DNA of 64,000 nucleotides from an uncultured Chloroflexia bacterium. Its GTDB lineage: Bacteria; Chloroflexota; Limnocylindria; Limnocylindrales; CSP1-4. The stretch lies in the NCBI GenBank assembly GCA_963829105.1, contig CAWHHF010000019.1:8549-72548 (forward strand). The letters are read 5' to 3'. Position numbers and translations under genes: made by a program. Within the stretch, counting starts at the first letter, position 1. Each line of letters starts with the position of its first letter. The notes under the pieces were generated by a model, which saw only the letters and a program-made list of their open reading frames with translations, was not told where the DNA came from and searched no databases. Positions 35,549 through 44,669 of this stretch are shown here, piece after piece.

Positions 35549-36961
35549 GTGGCCACTCGGCCCGCGAGACAGACCCCCTGCGTGCGACCATGGAGCGTGT
35601 CCGCCGATCAGCCGTCCGCACGACGCCGGACGTCTCCGCTCGCGTCGCTGCGCGCGCTGCCCGACGAGTTTCCGCGCGTGGTGCTGGTCCTCGCCTGCGG
35701 CGATCTGGTCGCGAGCTTCGGCTTCAGCCTGTTCTTCCCGTTCCTGACGATCTACCTCGTCCAGACGCTGGGCGCGTCGGCCGCCCAGGCGGGCCTGGTC
35801 GTCGCGGCGTACTCCGTGTTCTCCGTCTTCTCGGGGATCGCGGGAGGTTGGCTGGCGGACCGGATCGGCCGCCGCCCGGTGCTCATCGGCTCGATCTCGT
35901 GCACGGCGGTCCTGGTGCTCGCGATGGCGATGGCGACCGAGGTCTGGCACGTCGCGCTGGTGATGCTGCTCCTGGGCTGCATCGATCCCGCCTTCCTCCC
36001 GGCCGCCCGTGCGGCGGTCGCCGACACGGTCGAGGAGCCGCGACGACCCCGGGCCTTCGGCCTGCTCAGCGTCGCGAACGCGGTCGGATGGATCGCCGGC
36101 CCGGTCATCGGCGCGGGCCTGTCGTCGCTCGGATACCCGCTGCTGTTCGCCGTCAGCGGCGTCCTGGTCGGGTGCTACTCCGTCATCGCGTTCCGATGGC
36201 TCCCGGAGACCCGGCCGCGGGCCGAGAAGCCAGCGCGCGCGGATCCGGAGGCGTCCCGAACTCCGGACCTCCGGGACACGCCCGGCCGGCCCGACCCGGC
36301 CGGCGGGCTGCGACGCCGGATCTTCTGGGCGCTGCTCCCGCTCCTGGCGGTCACCCATGCGCTGACATTCCTGTGGGTGACGACGCTGCCGATCTATGCC
36401 GCCGTCAGCCTCGGCCTCCCGACGCCGATCTGGGGGCTCCTGTTCGGGCTCAACGGGCTCCTGATCGTCCTGTTCCAGCTCCGGATCGCCGGCGCGTGCG
36501 AGGGACGATCCAAGCCGCGGGTCATGGCCGCCGCGGTCTCCCTCTATGCCCTCGGGCTGGCGCCCGTCGCGCTCCTGTCGCCCTCCTCGGCGGTCCTGGG
36601 CCTCGCGGTCACCATCGCGCTGGTGACCGTGGGCGAGATGCTCATGGGGCCGGTGGTGGCCGCGTTCGTGTCCGACCTGTCGCCGGTGGCCCGGCGCGGC
36701 ACGTACCAGGGGATCGCCCTCGCGGCCGGCGGCATCGGCTCCGGGATCGGGCCGCCGATCGCCGGCCAAGTCCTCGACACATCCCACGGCTCTGCGCTGT
36801 GGGTGGTCGCTGCGGCGCTCCTCGTCACGGTGGGCCTGGGCTTCGTGGTGCTGGCCAGGTGGACGGACAAGCTGCCGGCGTGTCTGCCCGAGCACGCGGA
36901 GGACGGGCCGCCCACCGCTCGAACCGCGGCGATCCCGTCCACGGACCCCACGCCCCCGTGA
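35549..36961 (+). CDS. MFS transporter (12-TMS type)
   Basis: GGWLADRIGRRPVLIG motif and 12 hydrophobic segments. The start is uncertain (GTG 35549 or a downstream GTG). Confidence 0.8.
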   Translation: MATRPARQTPCVRPWSVSADQPSARRRTSPLASLRALPDEFPRVVLVLACGDLVASFGFSLFFPFLTIYLVQTLGASAAQAGLVVAAYSVFSVFSGIAGGWLADRIGRRPVLIGSISCTAVLVLAMAMATEVWHVALVMLLLGCIDPAFLPAARAAVADTVEEPRRPRAFGLLSVANAVGWIAGPVIGAGLSSLGYPLLFAVSGVLVGCYSVIAFRWLPETRPRAEKPARADPEASRTPDLRDTPGRPDPAGGLRRRIFWALLPLLAVTHALTFLWVTTLPIYAAVSLGLPTPIWGLLFGLNGLLIVLFQLRIAGACEGRSKPRVMAAAVSLYALGLAPVALLSPSSAVLGLAVTIALVTVGEMLMGPVVAAFVSDLSPVARRGTYQGIALAAGGIGSGIGPPIAGQVLDTSHGSALWVVAAALLVTVGLGFVVLARWTDKLPACLPEHAEDGPPTARTAAIPSTDPTPP

Positions 36962-37045
36962 CCGATCTCGGCCGGCTTCCGACCGGCTTATCGTAGTTGC
37001 CGGGCCGGGAGCCACCAGGGCAGGCCGCGAGACGAGAGGCGCGCC

Positions 37046-38524
37046 GTGATGGAAGCCGTTCGAGAGCTGTGGCCCGAGGAGGCCATCGACGCGATGCACG
37101 AGGCATCGCTCGCCCTCCTCGAGCGCGTCGGCGTCCGCGTCGACTCGCCGGGTGCTCGCGAGGCCCTCATCGGCGCAGGATGTGCCGCGGGTCCGCGTGA
37201 TCGGATTCTGGTGCCGCGCGCCGTGGTCACCGACGCGATCGCCTCCTGCCTGCCCCGGTTCACGCTCGTCGCACGCGACGACGCGCGGTCGATGCCGGTC
37301 GACGGAGACCCCGGGCCGACGTACGTCCACAACATGGGCGGCGCCCGCGACATGATCGACCCGCGGACGGGCGCGAGCCGGCGTGCGACGATGGCCGACC
37401 AGGTCCGGCTGGCCCGCGTGATGCACCACATGGTCAACCTGCACGGCGTCACGTCGCTGGTCCAGCCGGACGACGTCCCGCACCAGCTCGAGCCGCTCTA
37501 CTCGTACCTGGCGCTGGCGCACGAGACCGACAAGCCATTGGGCGGACCCGGCATCTCGCACGCGTACCAGGCCGACTTCCTGCGCCGGATGGCGACCGCC
37601 GTCACGGGTGCGGACGGCTCCGGGGCCCGGTACCCGGTGGACCTCGCGTTCTCGCCGGTCAGCCCGCTGCAGCTGGGCGCCGAGGTCAGCGACGCGCTGG
37701 TGGCGACGGTCCGGGCCGGCGGGGTGGTCGTCGAGATCCTCCCCTGCCCGGCGGCCGGCACGACGGCGCCGGGGTCCGTGTCCGCCGCGGTCGCGACGCA
37801 GAACGCCGAGGTGCTGGCGGGGATCGTCCTGGTGCAAGCCGTCGCCGCGGGCACGCCCGTCTACTACGGGCCGCGCCTGTCCTCGATCAACCCGCGGACC
37901 GGGACCGTCACCTCCGGGCCACCCGAGACCGGCGTCGCGTCGATGGCCGCCACGCTCCTCGCCCGCCGCTACGGGCTCGCCTGCGACTGCTATGGGCCCA
38001 CCAGCAATTCGGTGGTCGTGGACGCCCAGTTCGGGTACGAGCACATGGCGAACGCGCTGCTCGGCCTCGCGGCCAGGCCGCGTTTCCTGTCCGGCGCGGG
38101 TGAGAACCAGGGCGGCGTGGGCGGATCGCTGGAGGCGCTCGTGATCGACGACGAGGTCCTCAACTACGCCTTCTACGCGATGACCCCGCGCCCGTGGGAT
38201 GCGGCGGCGCTGGACGTGGATGCCATCGTGGAGGGCGTGCTGTCCGAGTTCGGGTTCCTGGCCACGACGCACACCCGCGAGTACCTGCGACGCGACTTCG
38301 TCCGGCCGCTCCTGAGCTACCGGGGCGGGCTCGGGGAGTGGATGGGGTCGGGCAGGACCGGTCTCGTGGACCTCGCGGCCGAGCGTGCGGCAGCGTACGT
38401 GGCACGGGAGCCGGTGGGCCTACCGGACGACGTGCTGCGCGAGCTGTGCGCCCTGATCGACGCCGCCGCCCGGTCGATCGGCCTGGCTGAGTGGCCGGAC
38501 CCACGGGGGATGCTCGGCGGCTGA
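37046..38524 (+). CDS. MttB-superfamily (trimethylamine methyltransferase-like) protein, non-pyrrolysine type
   Basis: IDAMHEASLALLERVGVRV..., FSPVSPLQL, CPAAGTTAPGSV, IDDEVLNY. 492 aa with no in-frame TAG. Confidence 0.85.
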   Translation: MMEAVRELWPEEAIDAMHEASLALLERVGVRVDSPGAREALIGAGCAAGPRDRILVPRAVVTDAIASCLPRFTLVARDDARSMPVDGDPGPTYVHNMGGARDMIDPRTGASRRATMADQVRLARVMHHMVNLHGVTSLVQPDDVPHQLEPLYSYLALAHETDKPLGGPGISHAYQADFLRRMATAVTGADGSGARYPVDLAFSPVSPLQLGAEVSDALVATVRAGGVVVEILPCPAAGTTAPGSVSAAVATQNAEVLAGIVLVQAVAAGTPVYYGPRLSSINPRTGTVTSGPPETGVASMAATLLARRYGLACDCYGPTSNSVVVDAQFGYEHMANALLGLAARPRFLSGAGENQGGVGGSLEALVIDDEVLNYAFYAMTPRPWDAAALDVDAIVEGVLSEFGFLATTHTREYLRRDFVRPLLSYRGGLGEWMGSGRTGLVDLAAERAAAYVAREPVGLPDDVLRELCALIDAAARSIGLAEWPDPRGMLGG

Positions 38525-38659
38525 ACCCGACGCCGCGAGAGCCGGGTCCCGTTCCCTGTCGCCGGGTATCCGGACCCGGGTTCCGGGGCCGCGGCGCCGC
38601 ATAGACTGTCCCGGATGGGTGACGTGACCGGGCAGTCCTGGGCGACGGGCGGCTAGTCG

Positions 38660-39874
38660 ATGACCGCGGAGGCCACGGTGTTGACCGTCGAGCTGTTCAC
38701 CGGGCTCCTGGCTGCGGCCGTCCTGGTCGCGCTCGTCTCCCGGCGGTTCGGCATCCCGTACACCGTCGCGCTGGTGGTGTTCGGCCTTGCGGTCGCAGCC
38801 TTCCTGCCGGCCCAGGCGATCGAGGTCACGCCGGAGCTGGTGCTCCTCGTCCTCCTGCCGGGCCTGGTCTTCGAGGCGTCGTTCCAGACCGATCTCGACA
38901 GCCTGCGCAGGACGTTCGGGGGCATCGCGCTGCTGGCCATCCCGGGCGTGCTCATCACGGCGGTGGTCGTGGCGGTTGCGCTCAACGTGGCGACCGGACT
39001 GCCCTTCGAGCTGGCCTTCGTCGTCGGCGCGATGGTCTCCGCCACGGACCCGATCGCGGTCATCGCCACGTTCCGCAGGCTGGGCACATCGCGCCGGCTG
39101 TCGACCCTCGTCGAGGGCGAGAGCCTGTTCAACGACGGGACGGCGATCGTCGTCTACGCCATCGCCCTGCGCGCCACGAGCGGACAGGTTGACCTGGGCG
39201 GCGCGGTGGTGTCCTTCGTCCTCACCCTGGTCGTGAGCGCCCTGATCGGTGCGGCCGCGGGGTTCGCGGCCTCGCGCGTTGCCGCCCGGGTCGATGACCA
39301 CCTGATCGAGACGACGATCTCGGTCCTCCTGGCCTACGGCACGTACGTGATCGCCGATGTGTTCCACGAGTCCGGCGTCATCGCGACGGTGGTCGCCGGG
39401 CTGACCCTGGGTACCTACGGGCGACGGCTCGGGATGAGCGCTCGCACCCAGGAGGCGATCGACACCGTCTGGGAGTTCCTGTCGTTTATCCTGACCGCGA
39501 TCGTGTTCCTGCTGGTCGGGCTGGCCATCACGCCGTCAGACCTGCTCGATGCCGCGCTGCCGATCGCGGTCGGAATCGTGGCGGTGGTGGTCGGACGCGC
39601 GATCGTGATCTACGGGCTGCTCGGCGGCGCGGCCCGCCTCCTCCGGCGGAGCGAGCGGGTCCTGCCTCGCGGCTGGCTCCACGTGCTGTTCTGGTCCGGG
39701 CTCCGGGGCGCGGTCGCCGTTGCCCTGGCCCTGTCGCTGCCCGACACCATCCCGCAGCGCAGCCTCCTCCAGGCCACCACGTTCGGCATCGTCCTGTTCA
39801 CGCTGATCGTCCAGGGCGGGACGATCCGCTGGGTGGTCAACCGGGCGCTGGGGCCCGGTCCTGCGGCCGACTGA
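38660..39874 (+). CDS. Cation:proton antiporter (CPA1/NhaP-type)
   Basis: LLPGLVFEASF, GAMVSATDPIAV, EGESLFNDGTAIV. Confidence 0.9.
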   Translation: MTAEATVLTVELFTGLLAAAVLVALVSRRFGIPYTVALVVFGLAVAAFLPAQAIEVTPELVLLVLLPGLVFEASFQTDLDSLRRTFGGIALLAIPGVLITAVVVAVALNVATGLPFELAFVVGAMVSATDPIAVIATFRRLGTSRRLSTLVEGESLFNDGTAIVVYAIALRATSGQVDLGGAVVSFVLTLVVSALIGAAAGFAASRVAARVDDHLIETTISVLLAYGTYVIADVFHESGVIATVVAGLTLGTYGRRLGMSARTQEAIDTVWEFLSFILTAIVFLLVGLAITPSDLLDAALPIAVGIVAVVVGRAIVIYGLLGGAARLLRRSERVLPRGWLHVLFWSGLRGAVAVALALSLPDTIPQRSLLQATTFGIVLFTLIVQGGTIRWVVNRALGPGPAAD

Positions 39875-39931
39875 CAGGGGCCCGGTCCTGCGGCCGACTG
39901 ACAGGGGCCCGTGTCCGGCGGCCGACTGACA
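39850..39931. repeat. 27-bp tandem repeat (2 perfect copies plus 1 degenerate), each copy carrying the antiporter stop codon
   Basis: ggggcccggtcctgcggccgactgaca at 39850-39876 and 39877-39903. The third copy is ggggcccgtgtccggcggccgactgaca. That copy with its flank forms the hairpin GGCCCGTGTC...GACACGGGCC. Confidence 0.9.
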
Positions 39932-40136
39932 CGGGCCTCGCCCGTGCGACCGGCGGCCGGCGACCGGCGACGCCCGAATGACCCGATGGTCCGAGCGACG
40001 CGACATCGCGGGCGCAACAGCACTGGCCGCCAGGCCCGTCCCTCGCTGTACCCTCGTCGGGCGCGGTCACCCGGCCGAAGACCGAGACCGCGTACCCGGG
40101 GACCCGGGCGGTTCGACGACGACGGAGGATGCACCC

Positions 40137-40616
40137 ATGCCCACGGCGGAAGCGGCGATCGACGACTTCCTGGCGCAGAAGAGGATCGCCGTCGCCGGCG
40201 TCTCGCGCGACCCGAAGGGGATGCACACCGGCAACGGCATCTACCTGCGCTTCAAGGAGCGCGGCTACCAGGTGTTCGCCGTCAACCCCAACGCCGACAC
40301 GGTCGAGGGCGACCCCTGCTACCGGAGCCTGGCCGCGATCCCGGGAGGCGTCGACGCGGTCGTCATCGCGACCAACCCGAAGGCCACCCCCTCGGTCGTC
40401 GAGGAGTGCAAGGCTCTCGGCATCAAGCGGGTGTGGATGCACCGCTCGTTCGGTGGCGGGAGCGTGTCGGCGGAGGCGCACGCTTTCTGCCGTGAGAACG
40501 GGATCGCCTCGATCGCGGGCGGCTGTCCGCTGATGTACGGGCCCACATCGGACGGCGGCCACCGCTTCATGCGTTCCATCGCCGGGCTCTTCGGCCAGCT
40601 GCCCAAGGAGGCCTGA
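40137..40616 (+). CDS. CoA-binding domain protein (YccU/YneT-like)
   Basis: ATG lies 7 nt after GGAGGA. KRIAVAGVSRDP...GYQVFAVNPN...VDAVVIATNP. Confidence 0.8.
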   Translation: MPTAEAAIDDFLAQKRIAVAGVSRDPKGMHTGNGIYLRFKERGYQVFAVNPNADTVEGDPCYRSLAAIPGGVDAVVIATNPKATPSVVEECKALGIKRVWMHRSFGGGSVSAEAHAFCRENGIASIAGGCPLMYGPTSDGGHRFMRSIAGLFGQLPKEA

Positions 40617-40654
40617 CGGACCCGGCGCCGCCTGCAGGCAGCGGAGTCGGCGCC

Positions 40655-42169
40655 GTGACGCGGCCCGACGAGCCAACCCAGGCCCGCGTCCTCCGGGACC
40701 GGTTCGCCCGGGTCCCCTGGCGCGTGGCGTTCCGGGAAGGGATCCGCGACCTGAGGAGGAACGGCCGCACAGCCCTTCCCGAACGGCTCGAGGGGGCGGT
40801 CTACGGCCAGCTCGTGGGCCGGTTGAGGGGCTCGAGGGATGCGCCGACGGCCGCGGTGGACGAGGCGCCAACCCGCACCGCGGCGAACATGCCGACGGCC
40901 GCGGCCGTCCCGGACGCCGACGGCGCCCGCATGCTCGACCTCCTCGACTCGCTGCTCCGGCCGGCGGGTGACGCGGCCGGGCAGACGGCAGGCCGGATCG
41001 AGGAGCTGGCGAGCGGGTCGCCTGACGCGATCCTGCCGGTGCCCCTCGTGTTGCGCGCGGGGGAGCCGGGCGAGATCGTCGGCCTGGCCACCAGGGCCTC
41101 GGGGGTGACCCGGGCGAGCGGCGAGGCGCAGGTCGCGTGCGGCCTGTACGCCCTGGTCATCCGCAGGTTCATGGCCGGGGAGCGGGGGCGTGACCGGGTC
41201 CTCGGCCGGGCCGCCGGCGAGCTCCGGGCGATGCTGGCGAGCCGGGGCCTGCCGGGATCACCGGGACTGTCGGAGCCCGCGGCGGTGGATGCGCTCGCCG
41301 CGGTGGATGCGCTGGCGGGGCGGTCCGGGAGGCCGGGAGCCGGGCCGGGCGCCGAGTGGTTCTGGTCCGGGTGGCAGGCATTCGCGGGTTCGACCGGTTA
41401 CGCCGATGCCCTCGCCCGTGCCCGCGGCTGCGGCTCCGACACCCGCACGGCAGCGGCGGTGGCCGGCGGGCTCGCCGGGGTGTACTGGGGGGACCAGGCG
41501 ATCCCGGCCGCGTGGCGGCGCGCGCTCCCGGAGGCGACCCGCGTCCGGGCACTCGTGGACAGGCTCATCGAGACCGATGCCCCGGGATGGGACGGGGAGC
41601 CGTGGCGGACATCGACCTCGACCCCGCTCGTCGTCGACCGGCTCGATGCCACCGGGCTCGGTGCCGCCGGGCCGGGTTCGCACCAGGCCGGCAGCGCCGG
41701 GATCACCTCGCTCCCCGGCAGGCGCTACGTCGGGTACCACACCGGGGCACACTGGCGCGATCTCGATACCGATGCCGCGCGCCTCCGGGAGCTCGGGGTG
41801 GACGTGGTGCTGCTGCTGGTGGAGGACCACGAGCTGGCGCGCTGCCGGGTCGTGGAGATCGGCGGGGCGCTGCCCGCCCACGGCGTCGATCTCGTCCGCT
41901 TCCCCATCCGCGATCCGCTCCTCCCCCGGGACGGTGGTGCCTTCCGCGAGACCATCGCGGCGATGCTGGAGCGGGTGCGCGGCGGCGAGTTCGTGGCCAT
42001 CGCCTGTCGCGGCGGCCTCGACCGGGCCGGCATGGCGGGGGCCTGCCTGCTGCGCGAGGCCGGCCTCGGCGCCGACGAAGCCATCGAGCGCGTCCAGCGT
42101 GCGCGCCGCGGCGCGCTCACCCTCCCCGATCAGCAGGCCTACGTGCGCGGTTGGCCACCGCGCCGGTAG
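40655..42169 (+). CDS. Fusion protein: degenerate ADP-ribosylglycohydrolase-like N-domain plus CDKN3/dual-specificity-phosphatase-like C-domain
   Basis: N-domain: LEGAVYGQLVGRLRG (compare G-x-A-x-GDALG) and GSDTRTAAAVAGGLAGVYWGDQAIPAAWRRAL (compare GGDTDT...IP..W). C-domain: FVAIACRGGLDRAGMAGACLL (C-x5-R P-loop). Confidence 0.65.
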   Translation: MTRPDEPTQARVLRDRFARVPWRVAFREGIRDLRRNGRTALPERLEGAVYGQLVGRLRGSRDAPTAAVDEAPTRTAANMPTAAAVPDADGARMLDLLDSLLRPAGDAAGQTAGRIEELASGSPDAILPVPLVLRAGEPGEIVGLATRASGVTRASGEAQVACGLYALVIRRFMAGERGRDRVLGRAAGELRAMLASRGLPGSPGLSEPAAVDALAAVDALAGRSGRPGAGPGAEWFWSGWQAFAGSTGYADALARARGCGSDTRTAAAVAGGLAGVYWGDQAIPAAWRRALPEATRVRALVDRLIETDAPGWDGEPWRTSTSTPLVVDRLDATGLGAAGPGSHQAGSAGITSLPGRRYVGYHTGAHWRDLDTDAARLRELGVDVVLLLVEDHELARCRVVEIGGALPAHGVDLVRFPIRDPLLPRDGGAFRETIAAMLERVRGGEFVAIACRGGLDRAGMAGACLLREAGLGADEAIERVQRARRGALTLPDQQAYVRGWPPRR

Positions 42170-42202
42170 GGCGGACCCGGCAGCCGGTACCCTTGGCGCA
42201 TC

Positions 42203-43879
42203 ATGGCCCACGAGTTCATCTACACGACGTACAAGCTCGCCCGGCACTACCCGCCCGACCGGACGGTGCTGGAGAACATCTCGATCTCGTTCTACCCGGG
42301 CGCGAAGATCGGCGTCATCGGCCCCAACGGCGCCGGCAAGTCAAGTCTCCTGAGGATCATGGCCGGGCTGGACGACGGGTTCAGCGGCGAGGCCCGCCTG
42401 ACGCCCGGGTTCACGGTGGGCTACCTCAGCCAGGAGCCGGAGCTGGACCCGACCAAGGACGTCAAGGGCAACGTTATGGACGGGGTCGCAGAGGTCCAAG
42501 CGCTGATCGACGGCTACAACGCCGTCATGGCCAGGTGGTCCGAGCCCGACGCCGACTACGAGGCCATCGGGGCCGAGCAGAGCGCGCTCGAGGACCGGAT
42601 CAACGCCGCCGATGCGTGGAACCTGGAACGCAACGTGGACATCGCGATGGACGCGCTGCGGTGCCCACCCGACGATGCCGACGTCAGCACGCTGTCCGGG
42701 GGCGAGAAGCGCCGCGTCGCGCTGTGCCGCCTGCTGCTGCGGCACCCCGACCTCCTCCTGCTCGACGAGCCGACCAACCATCTCGACGCCGAGTCCGTCT
42801 GGTGGCTGGAGCGCTTCCTGCAGGAGTACTCGGGCACCGTCGTCGCTGTCACCCACGACCGGTACTTCCTCGACAACGTGGCCCAGTGGATCCTGGAGCT
42901 CGATCGCGGTCGCGGAATCCCGTTCGAGGGCAACTACTCGGGCTGGCTGGAGCAGAAGCTGGCCCGGCTGGCGCTGGAGCAGAAGTCCAGCGACGCGCGG
43001 CAGCGGACGCTGGCTCGCGAGCTCGAGTGGGTACGCCTGGCCCCGCGGGCCCGCCAGGCCAAGGGGAAGGCCCGGCTCGGCGCCTACGAGACGCTCCTGG
43101 CCGAGGCCCAGACCGACAGGGGCGCCGGCCGGGAGCTGGAGATCGCCATCCCGCCGGGTCCGAGGCTCGGTGACACGGTCATCGAGGTCAGGGACCTGCG
43201 CAAGGCCTTCGGCGAGAAGCTCCTCATCGACGGCCTGACGTTCTCGCTGCCGCGGGCCGGGATCGTGGGCATCATCGGCGCCAACGGCGCCGGCAAGACG
43301 ACGCTGTTCCGGATGATCCTCGGACAGGAGTCCGTCGACAGGGGCAGCATCCGGATCGGCGACACGGTGCAGCTGAGCTACGTGGACCAGGAGCGCGACG
43401 ACCTGCAGGCGGACCGGACGGTGTTCGACGAGATCGCGGGCGGCGTCGAGTTCATCAGGGTCGGCAGCCGCGAGCTCCCGGCCCGCGCGTACGTGTCCAG
43501 CTTCAACTTCAGGGGCACCGACCAGCAGAAGCCGTGCGGCAGGCTGTCCGGTGGCGAGCGGAACCGGGTTCACCTCGCCAAGCTGCTCAAGTCGGGGGGC
43601 AACGTCCTCCTGCTCGACGAGCCCACCAACGACCTGGACGTGGACACGCTGCGCGCGCTCGAGGCGGGTCTCGAGTCCTTCCCGGGCTGCGCGGTGGTGA
43701 TCAGCCACGATCGCTGGTTCCTCGACCGGATCGCGACCCACGTGCTGGCGTTCGAGGGCGACAGCGTCGTCCGCTGGTTCGAGGGCAACTTCACCGAGTA
43801 CGAGGAGTACCGCCACCGGGAGCTCGGCGCCGCGGCCGACCAGCCCCACCGGATCAGGTACCGCCGCCTCGCGCCCTGA
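42203..43879 (+). CDS. ettA: ABC-F translational throttle protein EttA
   Basis: MAHEFIYTTYKLARHYPPDR, two ABC cassettes (GPNGAGKSS / GANGAGKTT), 558 aa. Confidence 0.92.
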   Translation: MAHEFIYTTYKLARHYPPDRTVLENISISFYPGAKIGVIGPNGAGKSSLLRIMAGLDDGFSGEARLTPGFTVGYLSQEPELDPTKDVKGNVMDGVAEVQALIDGYNAVMARWSEPDADYEAIGAEQSALEDRINAADAWNLERNVDIAMDALRCPPDDADVSTLSGGEKRRVALCRLLLRHPDLLLLDEPTNHLDAESVWWLERFLQEYSGTVVAVTHDRYFLDNVAQWILELDRGRGIPFEGNYSGWLEQKLARLALEQKSSDARQRTLARELEWVRLAPRARQAKGKARLGAYETLLAEAQTDRGAGRELEIAIPPGPRLGDTVIEVRDLRKAFGEKLLIDGLTFSLPRAGIVGIIGANGAGKTTLFRMILGQESVDRGSIRIGDTVQLSYVDQERDDLQADRTVFDEIAGGVEFIRVGSRELPARAYVSSFNFRGTDQQKPCGRLSGGERNRVHLAKLLKSGGNVLLLDEPTNDLDVDTLRALEAGLESFPGCAVVISHDRWFLDRIATHVLAFEGDSVVRWFEGNFTEYEEYRHRELGAAADQPHRIRYRRLAP

Positions 43880-44003
43880 GCACGGACCGGCCGCGCCTTC
43901 CACGAGGCCGACGGCATCGAGCGCTCCGCCGGCCGATGCACGCGGCACCGAGCGCCCCTCGGGCGGCTCAGCTCGCGTGGCGCGGGTCCCCGGCCGCGGA
44001 GCG

Positions 44004-44519
44004 CTACGCCACCGCGATCGAGGTCCCCTCCCAGCCCGTCTCGATCGCGGGCGGGCGCAGGAGCGTCTGCAGGACCACGCAGTAGCGCTCGGTTCGCTCG
44101 ATCAGCTTCGCCAGCCGCTCCTCCGGGACCGTGTCGCCGTCGAGGGAGAACCTGATGCGGATGGCCTCGAAGCCGACCGGCACGTCGGGGGTCCCGAGCG
44201 TGCCGCGAAGGTCCAGGTCCCCCTCGACGGTCACGGCCACGGCCACACCGTCCAGCCCCATGTTCGCCGCGACCATCTGGCAGGTCAGCTGCGCGCAGGC
44301 CGCAAGGGCGCCCAGCAGCAGATCGCCGGAGCAGGCCGACGAGCCCGACCCGCCGACGCCCGGGTGCGCGCCCGCCGCGTACAGGGCACGGCCGATGTCC
44401 ACCGAGCAGCTCATCGACCCGTCGCCACCGGTCCCGGTGGCCTTCAGGGTGACCCCGGCGGCGGAAGGGTCGGTGGCGTAGCGTTCCTTGATCGGCCGCT
44501 GGATCTCGCGAAGGGTCAT
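44004..44519 (-). CDS. OsmC-family peroxiredoxin-like protein
   Basis: GGSGSSACSGDLLLGALAACAQ and C-terminal ERYCVV motifs. GGGAGG lies upstream. Confidence 0.85.
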   Translation of the reverse strand: MTLREIQRPIKERYATDPSAAGVTLKATGTGGDGSMSCSVDIGRALYAAGAHPGVGGSGSSACSGDLLLGALAACAQLTCQMVAANMGLDGVAVAVTVEGDLDLRGTLGTPDVPVGFEAIRIRFSLDGDTVPEERLAKLIERTERYCVVLQTLLRPPAIETGWEGTSIAVA

Positions 44520-44669
44520 GCTGACCTCCCGGCACGGCCTGAGTTGTCCACCGCGCCCCGTCGAAGGATGCCTCTGCGAACCGGATCCCGCTCGCGTCGG
44601 CCCCGACCCGCTCCACCCGCTCGGCCGGCCCTGACGACGGGAACCGTGTCGCGGTCTGGCGGATGGCCG

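Noticed and set aside
35318-38272. 984-aa ORF on the minus strand
   Set aside because: It is antisense to the MFS and MttB genes. It has Arg/Gly/Asp/Pro-rich composition with no recognisable motifs, the typical stop-codon-poor antisense frame of very GC-rich DNA.
37046-38524. Pyrrolysine (in-frame TAG) in the MttB-family gene
   Set aside because: The ORF is uninterrupted and contains no internal TAG, so it is a non-Pyl member.
39850-39931. CRISPR-like appearance of direct repeats (also at 26834, 53786 and 55569)
   Set aside because: The copies are directly abutting with no spacers, there are only 2-3 units, and no cas genes are present. These are simple tandem duplications.
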